Source of the DNA: Candidatus Cloacimonadota bacterium
GTDB lineage: Bacteria; Cloacimonadota; Cloacimonadia; Cloacimonadales; WRIO01
NCBI GenBank assembly: GCA_029564175.1
Contig: JAKQQL010000198.1
Span: 1-24,250, forward strand
Reading direction: 5' to 3'
DNA length: 24,250 nucleotides
The notes beneath the pieces were generated by a model, which saw only the letters and a program-made list of their open reading frames with translations, searched no databases and was not told where the DNA came from. The translations under genes were made by a program, and so were the position numbers. The first letter of the stretch is position 1. Each line of letters starts with the position of its first letter. This document shows, piece after piece, positions 17,099 through 24,250 of this stretch.

Positions 17099-17643
17099 TA
17101 AGAATCCTGACAGGGTTTATCTTGTTTACATTTAATCTTTCCTTCTGCTTTTTCTTCAGCTCTGGCCATGATAAAACAAAGATCAGACAAACGATTAACA
17201 TATTGTAAAATAAGCGGATCCACTTCAGTTTGTCTTTGCAGACTGATTATTCTGCGTTCTGCTCTTCGGGCTATAGTTCGGCAAACATCCAGTTTTGCTG
17301 ACTGAATCGTATTTCCAGGGATAACAAAGCCCTTTAACTGAACGCTCGCTTCAAACTCATGAACATATTCCGTCAGCCTGTCCACATCAGCCTGAGTCAA
17401 TGGGATTAAGTATTCTTTACTTAAAGCCGCCAACTCACCCATTACTTTCATCAGTTCATTCTGAACGATTTCTATGATTTCTCGTATCTTTTCAATTTTC
17501 ACATAGTGCTTTGCTTCGCCCAAATGAGCATCCAGCTCATCCAGTGTACCATAGGCATCCACACGGGCATCATCTTTCCACACTCTTTCACCCGACCAGA
17601 GACTGGTCATCCCTTTATCTCCACCTTTTGTTGAAATTGACAT
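17098..17643 (-). CDS. PduO-type ATP:cob(I)alamin adenosyltransferase
   Basis: ISTKGGDKGMTSL..GERVWKDD.RV.AYGTLDEL, FVIPG, CRTIARRAERR, YVNRLSD. Confidence 0.93.
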   Translation of the reverse strand: MSISTKGGDKGMTSLWSGERVWKDDARVDAYGTLDELDAHLGEAKHYVKIEKIREIIEIVQNELMKVMGELAALSKEYLIPLTQADVDRLTEYVHEFEASVQLKGFVIPGNTIQSAKLDVCRTIARRAERRIISLQRQTEVDPLILQYVNRLSDLCFIMARAEEKAEGKIKCKQDKPCQDS

Positions 17644-17680
17644 AATTCATCCTTTCTGAAAAAGTCTATATATGATTATC

Positions 17681-18511
17681 TTACAACATATTACGAATCA
17701 TTTCTTTTCTGGTCATCAGTTTATCCGGATTATTTGGCTTATAATGATCAGGGATTATTCCCTCGCTAAACACGTCTTTATCAAACTGTCTAAAAACTCC
17801 GATATAGACAGGATCTTTACTCTTTGCCTTTAAAATCGCTTGTTCATGTGTCAGATCTTCTTCAAAGAGCTGAACTCTCTCGTTAAATAATTCATAAGTA
17901 TTATTAAAGCTTACACAGGGTTGTAAAATTTCAATGAATGAAAAACCCTTGTGCTCAATCCCTTTTACCAGCATTTGTGTTACATGTTCAATTTTGGCAG
18001 AGTAGCTTCTGGCAACAAATGTTGCTCCTGCTTCAATTATCAGCGGTAGGGGATTAAAAGGCTCTTCAATATTACCAAAAGGACTAGAAGGTCCCTTATA
18101 TCCTTTTTTGCTTAAAGGTGAGAACTGACCGGTAGTTAGTCCATAGACACCATTATTATGAAGAATCATCGTAATATTTTCATTTCTTTTAGCGGCAAAG
18201 AGGGTATGTTCCAGCCCCTCCCCCATCGAATCTCCATCCCCGCCAAACATTAACACAGTTAAATCCGGATTTCCGATCTTAATCCCCTGAGCAGTTGACA
18301 TCGCTCTTCCATGCAGAGAATAAAAACCAGATAATTTAAGATAATCAAAAATCTTGCCATGACAACCAATACCAGAAGTCATAACCAGTGAATCTTGATC
18401 AAAGCCTTTTTCGATTAATGTATGAATGGTTTTTTGAATAGCATTTAAAATACCAAAATTACCACAACCCGGGCACCAGCTGTTTTTTTTATCAGTGAGT
18501 AAAGAATTCAT
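17681..18511 (-). CDS. 2-oxoacid:ferredoxin oxidoreductase beta subunit (TPP-binding)
   Basis: WCPGCGNFG, SGIGC, LHGR, GGDGD...NNGVYGLTTGQFSP, QPCVSFN. Start ATG 18511 with GGAGG SD (track start 18538). Confidence 0.93.
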   Translation of the reverse strand: MNSLLTDKKNSWCPGCGNFGILNAIQKTIHTLIEKGFDQDSLVMTSGIGCHGKIFDYLKLSGFYSLHGRAMSTAQGIKIGNPDLTVLMFGGDGDSMGEGLEHTLFAAKRNENITMILHNNGVYGLTTGQFSPLSKKGYKGPSSPFGNIEEPFNPLPLIIEAGATFVARSYSAKIEHVTQMLVKGIEHKGFSFIEILQPCVSFNNTYELFNERVQLFEEDLTHEQAILKAKSKDPVYIGVFRQFDKDVFSEGIIPDHYKPNNPDKLMTRKEMIRNML

Positions 18512-20138
18512 TGATTGCCTCCTCTGTTTCTCGTGCAAGTATCACAGGATCAAATGGGCGACCGTCATAACCCTTTATAACCCGCTTTGCTGATCTGCCT
18601 GTTTTGTATTTAATCAGTTGAGTAAACTGTTCGTACAGACTTTGTTCAACGACTATAAAATCGTCTTGAATATAAGTTTCGAGTAAATCAACAGGAAAAG
18701 GTTCCAGATATATTACCTGAACAATTCTGATTTTGTTTGTAATATATTTCGAAGCTTCGAGCATACTCATTAACGTTGAACCATAACAGACGATCACCGG
18801 TCCCTCTTCCCCATAACATTTAAGCATTTCATAATGTTTTGGTACATATTCATTGATTGTCTGTTGTTTACGGTATCTTTTTTCAATCATCTGTTTAGCA
18901 GAAACTGCTTCGTCCGTTCTGATACCATTTTCATAATGTTCATTACTGTTCCATTTTATCATCTCATGTGAAGGAGGGCATTTTAATGGAGATATCCCAT
19001 TATCCGTCAACTGATAACGTTTATATTCTTTCTCATGAACAACAGGCATTTCCAGCGCTATGTACTGATCAGGATCAATTATTTGATTACCAGAGCATTC
19101 TGATAAATGTTTCTCTGTCAACAAGACTGTTGGGGTTTGAAAATACCATGCCAGATCCAAAAGCTGAGCAGACAGATGAAAAGCCTGTTCAAATGTACCT
19201 GGAGAAGCTACGATTCGCGGAAATTCTCCATGTCCGGCATTCAAAACAAAATTTAAATCGGCTTGAGCAGTATAGGTTGACATACCGGTTGCAGGACCCG
19301 GACGAGCAGAGACAATCACATAAAGCGGAGCTTCCACCATTCCTGCCAGAGAAAAGGCTTCTGTCATCAAAGCAAAACCACCCCCACTGCTACCTGTCGC
19401 AGCTCTGGCACCGGTAAAAGTTGCTCCGGCAGCCATATTCGCCGCAGCGATTTCGCTTTCAGCATGCTGAACTACCACTCCAAACTTCTCACTCTGACCT
19501 GCCAAAAAATGCAAAATAGAAGAAGCAGGAGTCATTGGGTAAGACACATAATAATCGAGTCCTGCCATCAAAGCACCTAATGCAATCAGTGTATTACCAT
19601 TATTTATCTTCCGTTTTTTAAAGGGATATTTTTCTATTTTTAGCCGAGGAAAATTTCTCTCTTCAAGTATTTTAAATGACAATTCATAGCACTGAATATT
19701 TTTTTCTTCATTCTTTCTGAATGACTTTCGGATCAGATCAATACTTTCTTCGGTAGTCAGATCTAACAGATAAAAAATGACGCTAATTGCCACAATACCA
19801 ATAAAACTATCGTTAAAATTGTTCGCCTTTAAAAGTGAACTAAAATCAATATAATTTTTATCGTTTATCACTGAAACTGAATCTTCACTGATATGGTTTT
19901 GATGAATTTCATAGCTTGCAAAATCAGAAAAAAAGGCATAATCAGCCAACATATAATGACTAAAAACAGGATGCTTATCCACACTAACAATGGAATAGTT
20001 ATGCCCACCTTTTATGACACTTTGATAATCATCATACTGAAAGATTGAATATCCCGCCTGGTTAAAATAATCAGCAATTACTGCCACTGCTTTTTTGATA
20101 CCTTCCCCTGCTTTTCCTGCAATCAAAACACTCAGCAT
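18492..20138 (-). CDS. 2-oxoacid:acceptor oxidoreductase alpha subunit (gamma-alpha fusion)
   Basis: IAGKAGEG, IKGGHN, YPMTPAS, ESEIAA, SSGGGFALM.E, RPGPATG, GHGEFP, YDGRPF; SD AAGGAGG. Confidence 0.93.
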   Translation of the reverse strand: MLSVLIAGKAGEGIKKAVAVIADYFNQAGYSIFQYDDYQSVIKGGHNYSIVSVDKHPVFSHYMLADYAFFSDFASYEIHQNHISEDSVSVINDKNYIDFSSLLKANNFNDSFIGIVAISVIFYLLDLTTEESIDLIRKSFRKNEEKNIQCYELSFKILEERNFPRLKIEKYPFKKRKINNGNTLIALGALMAGLDYYVSYPMTPASSILHFLAGQSEKFGVVVQHAESEIAAANMAAGATFTGARAATGSSGGGFALMTEAFSLAGMVEAPLYVIVSARPGPATGMSTYTAQADLNFVLNAGHGEFPRIVASPGTFEQAFHLSAQLLDLAWYFQTPTVLLTEKHLSECSGNQIIDPDQYIALEMPVVHEKEYKRYQLTDNGISPLKCPPSHEMIKWNSNEHYENGIRTDEAVSAKQMIEKRYRKQQTINEYVPKHYEMLKCYGEEGPVIVCYGSTLMSMLEASKYITNKIRIVQVIYLEPFPVDLLETYIQDDFIVVEQSLYEQFTQLIKYKTGRSAKRVIKGYDGRPFDPVILARETEEAINEFFTH

Positions 20139-20161
20139 GAGTCCTCCTTTTATATACAGAT

Positions 20162-20190
20162 AAGTTATCGGTTTTTACAATATTTGTCAA
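20162..20190 (-). promoter_or_regulatory. Sigma70-type promoter for the oxidoreductase operon
   Basis: Minus strand TTGACA(20190-20185)-N17-TAACTT(20167-20162). Confidence 0.6.
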
Positions 20191-20551
20191 ATAATATTTT
20201 GCATTGTATTCTGATTTTGATTTTTTCCTTATGACGTTACTTTGCTGGCACACCAAAGACAGACTTAAATAGCTGACATTCGCTAACCACGTGCTACTCA
20301 CCATGATAATGGTTCTTTAAAGCTTAATAATCTACAATTGATGTGAGTCATACGACATTCGAGTTATACTCCGCTTTGTACCCTCCTCCATTCCTGCTCA
20401 CGTTCTACTTTCATAATAAAGATAGCATGTTTTAATAAAGAACAGTGGCTGAAGCAGGCAAGAAAGAATATTACTGTTTTCTACAGGATAGATATGTGAA
20501 ATATATTGCATTTAAATGATAAATGATTATTATATTAAGAGGAGAATAGAG

Positions 20552-21103
20552 ATGAAAGTAATTATGAAAGACAAACAACACGACTTCCCCAAGAAAATAG
20601 GTGATTTAAACCTTGCCTGGTATCAGCAGGGACGGATTTGTGTGAGCAGAAAAAAGAATCCGCGAAGCCTTCAGAAACAAAATATGAGTATTATTCAAAT
20701 CAATCAGATTACAAAAGCACTCTGGGAGTCACTTCATCCGCATTTTAAAAAAGATCTGGCTTTTTATGCCCTGCAATATAAAAAAGATTATCCAGGTCTC
20801 AGAAAAAGAGGCATTTCTTCCTATGCTGTTTTTCTGATAATAGTCCATGCCCTAATCAAACGCTTTTCCATTGCTTATGAGAATCAGGATGATTGTTTGG
20901 CAATCTTACAAAAACTAATCTCTCCGCTCTCTGTGAAAAAAGCAGTTGAAATCAGGCTGTTAAAGCCGGTGATGGGGTATTATCAGTTGAATCACCGGGC
21001 AATAAGATATTCTCAGGAAGATATGCCAGAGTCTCTCAGTGTATTAAAACGAGAATCTTTTCAAATAAAATATGTATGCGGCATTCATTCAGGTTTTAAG
21101 TAA
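20552..21103 (+). CDS. Basic hypothetical protein
   Basis: Lys/Arg-rich ORF; AGAGGAG SD favours ATG 20552 over 20516; no recognised catalytic motif. Confidence 0.65.
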   Translation: MKVIMKDKQHDFPKKIGDLNLAWYQQGRICVSRKKNPRSLQKQNMSIIQINQITKALWESLHPHFKKDLAFYALQYKKDYPGLRKRGISSYAVFLIIVHALIKRFSIAYENQDDCLAILQKLISPLSVKKAVEIRLLKPVMGYYQLNHRAIRYSQEDMPESLSVLKRESFQIKYVCGIHSGFK

Positions 21104-21169
21104 TTTTGAAGATTATACAGGATATTTAGCACATTAACCAGAATAATTAACTAAAATTGTAAAAAAGAA

Positions 21170-21198
21170 TTGACTTGCTTATAGATTTTATGTAGTTT
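21170..21198 (+). promoter_or_regulatory. Sigma70-type promoter for the CARF-deaminase/Nudix pair
   Basis: TTGACT(21170-21175)-N17-TAGTTT(21193-21198). Confidence 0.45.
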
Positions 21199-21246
21199 AG
21201 AATAAAATTAATTGATGATACGCACGATAATGTGCCGGGAGCAGAA

Positions 21247-23379
21247 ATGAATAAAAAGCATCTCCTGATAATCAGTTTAGGGAATGTATGGGAACTAATA
21301 CCGGAAATTGTACTGTTTTCAAACTTTGAAAGTTTGAGATTTCAAAATAAAAATACTAAAGAAGATATAAAAAAAACATTCTCAGATCGTTTAGCTGTTC
21401 AGCCTTACACGCATATATGGGGAATTTGTTCATCCAGTCAAATCGATTATTTTTATCATAACCTTAAGCAGTTTAATGAATTGTTTGAAGCAAATATAAA
21501 AATAATCTTGTTTAGTGTGGAAGACAGTGATGATTTACATACAGTCGAAGATTGTCATTTTGTGGCTGATTTGATTTATCGGGTTGTACAATCAGCTCAT
21601 AGCACCGGATTGTTTGATAAAATTACGCTTAGTCCGGTAGGTGGCAGGAAAACAATGAGTGCAGACATGATACAGGCTGCTGGTATTTTTGGAGCCGATT
21701 ACCTGATCCATGTGCTGTCTTCAGGCGCACCAGTAAGATTTAGTCCACAAGTGTTGTTTGAGAATCCCCCATCAATTGATTTTACCCAAATAAGACCAGT
21801 CTTGTATCAGGAAAATATTTGCGAAAGTCCTGTCAGCTTTTTTATTCAAAGAGATCATACACTTTTAGAGAAAATAGAAGCGTTTGAAAAATCGAATGAG
21901 ACTATTATCAAAATTATTGAAACAGGCTCAGTAAATATTCATACTCAGGTAAATGAAAGCCTGAAGATTGCGAATGATCTGTCTTATAATTTTTATATGA
22001 AAATGAAACACAATCAGCAACTGACAAATTTCTATGCGTTATACACGCTCTCTCCCCGTTTGATTTCCAAAATTAATGAGCGGTTTTTTATAAAATCAGG
22101 CGAAAATTGTGAAGAGAAAAAGACATTTTTGTATTCATTACCAAAGACAGACCTTCATTATCATTTAGGCGGATCAGCCAATATTGAAGAAATTATTGAG
22201 ATTGCTGAATCGAATTTGGAGAATATTCATCAACAGATTAAGCGATTTCCTGAGTTGGAAATTTTGTTATCAAAAGTACAAAAGTGGATTGCCGAAGAGA
22301 ACATAACAGAATTGAAAAAAGTAATACACAATATTAAAAATTACAAGTATTTTGAGAATGTACCAGCCCCTTATACAATAGCAGGAATTCTGGCTGCTTT
22401 TACTCATAAACCGGAGTTACTTAGATTATTAAACTATGAAGAATTGACCAGAATTGAGCATTTTATTAACATCGGTATTGAAAGGTATGAAAAACTGGGA
22501 GATTTGCAGGGATCTTCTCTTTTATCTTCAGAAAAATCATTAAGGACATTGTGCCGTATTATTAAGAGAAATGCAAAAAGAGATCATCTGTTTTATCAGG
22601 AAATTCGATGTTCTCCCTGTAATTATGAAAGTCCTGAAATGAGTGCAGAGAAGGTCATCGACATTCTGTATGATGAATTAAGTAGTTATAGCTTTTGCAT
22701 TTTTAAACTCATTATAATCGGTTCGAGACATGGAAATCCTGTTATCCTGGATAAACATGTTCGGCTGGCAGTTACCTGTAAAGAAAAATATCCGGACTTT
22801 ATTGTTGGGTTTGATTTGGCAGGAAATGAAAGTGCCAATGAACCTGAAAAACTTCGAACTCAATTCTTACCTCTAATGGAACGTTGTATCCGATTGACAA
22901 TTCATGCAGGAGAGACAGCTCCAGTTGATAACATCTGGCAGGCAGTTTATCATCTGAGTGCTGACCGAATTGGTCATGGTCTTTATCTGCGAGATAATCA
23001 AGAACTATTCAATCGTTTTAAAAATTCAAAGATTGCGGTTGAGTTATGCCCGGGCAGTAACTATCAGATTGTTGGTTTCAGAGATTATACAAGACCAGAA
23101 TCAGCATCTTTTCCTGTCTATCCATTAAAGGCGTATTTACAGGAAAATATTAAAGTTACTATAAATACAGATGACCCGGGGATCAGCCTGACCAATATTA
23201 ATGAAGAATATATCAAGGCTATTCAACTATCTGAAGGTGATCTTTCCTTATGGGAAATTCTGAAGATTATCAGAAATGGGTTTAAAGCATCATTTATGGA
23301 GTATGATGAAAAAGAAAAAATGATTAAAAAAGTTGAAGAAATCATTATCAAGCAAATAAAGGAATACTATCATGACTAA
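21247..23379 (+). CDS. CARF domain-adenosine deaminase fusion (Cad1/CAAD-like cyclic-oligoadenylate-responsive effector)
   Basis: N-terminal CARF motifs LIISLGNVWELIPE and GGRKTMSADM; ADA motifs LPKTDLHYHLGGS, EIRCSP, VGFDLAGNE, TIHAGE, RIGHG, VELCPGSN, INTDDP. ATG 21247 with GGAG SD (track start GTG 21232). Confidence 0.9.
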   Translation: MNKKHLLIISLGNVWELIPEIVLFSNFESLRFQNKNTKEDIKKTFSDRLAVQPYTHIWGICSSSQIDYFYHNLKQFNELFEANIKIILFSVEDSDDLHTVEDCHFVADLIYRVVQSAHSTGLFDKITLSPVGGRKTMSADMIQAAGIFGADYLIHVLSSGAPVRFSPQVLFENPPSIDFTQIRPVLYQENICESPVSFFIQRDHTLLEKIEAFEKSNETIIKIIETGSVNIHTQVNESLKIANDLSYNFYMKMKHNQQLTNFYALYTLSPRLISKINERFFIKSGENCEEKKTFLYSLPKTDLHYHLGGSANIEEIIEIAESNLENIHQQIKRFPELEILLSKVQKWIAEENITELKKVIHNIKNYKYFENVPAPYTIAGILAAFTHKPELLRLLNYEELTRIEHFINIGIERYEKLGDLQGSSLLSSEKSLRTLCRIIKRNAKRDHLFYQEIRCSPCNYESPEMSAEKVIDILYDELSSYSFCIFKLIIIGSRHGNPVILDKHVRLAVTCKEKYPDFIVGFDLAGNESANEPEKLRTQFLPLMERCIRLTIHAGETAPVDNIWQAVYHLSADRIGHGLYLRDNQELFNRFKNSKIAVELCPGSNYQIVGFRDYTRPESASFPVYPLKAYLQENIKVTINTDDPGISLTNINEEYIKAIQLSEGDLSLWEILKIIRNGFKASFMEYDEKEKMIKKVEEIIIKQIKEYYHD

Positions 23380-23968
23380 TCAAGAACAGGTTTTATGTTT
23401 AAAAAACGAATTGTTATGTCCCTACATTCAATCAGGAAAGAATTACTATCCCTTAAAAGAAGCAGAGATAAAGGCATTTATGCAAAAGAAAGCCTTTTGC
23501 TTTATCAGTCGAAATGAAGCAGAAACAAATGAAGATTACAAACAGATTATCCCTTATTGTGTTGTTCAAAAAGAAGATCAGCTCCTGGTATATCAAAGAA
23601 ATGGAAATGAAAAAAGATTACATGGTCTTTTATCCTGTGGAATTGGAGGCCATATAAATCCCTGTGATCATATTGATGAAGGAGATTTATGGCAAACCAT
23701 TCTAAATGCTACGGTGCGTGAATTGCATGAAGAGCTTGTTTTAGACTGCCAGTATCGTATTGAATTTAAAGGAATCATTTTTGAAGATGTAACGCATGTT
23801 GGCAGGGTGCATATTGGTTTTGTATTTGAAATTGTACCTGATTCTCTTGAAAAAATAGGTACTTCTGAAGAATTGGGAAATATACGAATGATGAATTTTG
23901 GAGAGATACAAAATGAAGAATTTGAATTATGGTCTTCACTTGCCTTGAAATTGCTGATTCCTGAGTAA
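23372..23968 (+). CDS. Nudix hydrolase (COG4112-like predicted phosphoesterase)
   Basis: YKQIIPY, EKRLH, GIGGHIN, Nudix-box helix ATVRELHEEL, VHIGFVF, FELWS; 8-bp overlap with the deaminase gene. Confidence 0.88.
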   Translation: MTNQEQVLCLKNELLCPYIQSGKNYYPLKEAEIKAFMQKKAFCFISRNEAETNEDYKQIIPYCVVQKEDQLLVYQRNGNEKRLHGLLSCGIGGHINPCDHIDEGDLWQTILNATVRELHEELVLDCQYRIEFKGIIFEDVTHVGRVHIGFVFEIVPDSLEKIGTSEELGNIRMMNFGEIQNEEFELWSSLALKLLIPE

Positions 23969-23986
23969 TGACCTTGTGCAACAAAT

Positions 23987-24114
23987 CCGTACTACAAGCG
24001 TCAATCCCGTACTACAAGCATCCTGCTTGTAGAAGCGCTGCAAGCTGGAAGCTTACAGTACGGAAGAGAAGAAACCCGTACTACAAGCGTCCCGCTTGTA
24101 GAAGCGCTGCAAGC
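23987..24114. repeat. Cluster of REP-like palindromes including one inverted doublet
   Basis: CCGTACTACAAGC at 23987, 24007 and 24076; hairpin CTACAAGC-ATCCT-GCTTGTAG; inverted partner CTGCAAGCTGGAAGCTTACAGTACGG at 24038-24063. Confidence 0.85.
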
Positions 24115-24250
24115 ATATATGCAGTTTCATCATAATTGCGAAGCAACTTAACTGATGAAAGTGCTCTTGAACGAGCTCAAGCAGTATGGGGTTTACATTT
24201 TATCTTCTACCTATATAAACTAAAATATCTGTCTAAATTTGAGCTCAAGA

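Noticed and set aside
20345..20369. GAGTCATAC/GAGTTATAC direct repeat and the adjacent pyrimidine-rich tract
   Set aside because: Too short and imperfect to distinguish from chance; no convincing fold found by eye.
2753..23984. Other short tracked ORFs (2753..2986, 5380..5607, 6258..6458, 8683..8877, 10884..11145, 14858..15658, 16461..16682, 18968..19417, 20071..20304, 22678..22863, 23775..23984)
   Set aside because: Antisense or off-frame shadows overlapping well-supported genes, with no recognisable motifs.
23987..24114. Degenerate CRISPR array belonging to the CARF effector
   Set aside because: Spacing is irregular (20 and 69 bp), one copy is inverted, and the intervening sequence is itself repeated; REP-like elements fit better.
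24173..24250. GAGCTCAAG recurring at a 68-bp interval as the possible start of an array or IS end
   Set aside because: Only 9 bp match, the flanks differ, and the window ends; it cannot be supported without downstream sequence.

Overview
AT-rich bacterial chromosomal window from an anaerobe. The YPNPFNP/FlgD-Ig C-terminal domain, the DUF4837-like lipoprotein and the hydrogenase-maturation genes suggest an FCB-group organism such as Cloacimonadota (inference). Left to right on the + strand: the 3' end of an ORF entering the window, a Cys-rich hypothetical protein, a secreted M6 metalloprotease, a long housekeeping run (thiN, xseB, ispA, dut, nadA, SAM methyltransferase, degenerate FtsE/FtsX-like pair, pgsA, lipoprotein, HtrA), a 51-bp tandem array of REP-like palindromes, and a solitary flhA. 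Next come a minus-strand TM1266-hydG unit behind a structured leader with a terminator, a divergent second TM1266-like gene, a minus-strand 2-oxoacid:ferredoxin oxidoreductase alpha/beta plus PduO-type adenosyltransferase unit, and a basic hypothetical protein. The window ends with a CARF-adenosine deaminase (Cad1/CAAD-like) plus Nudix pair followed by more REP-like palindromes. Best leads: (1) a riboswitch-like attenuator upstream of TM1266-hydG with partial glycine-aptamer-like motifs; (2) the CARF-deaminase/Nudix effector pair with no cas genes or CRISPR array in the window; (3) the orphan flhA. All calls come from manual motif reading; no searches were run.
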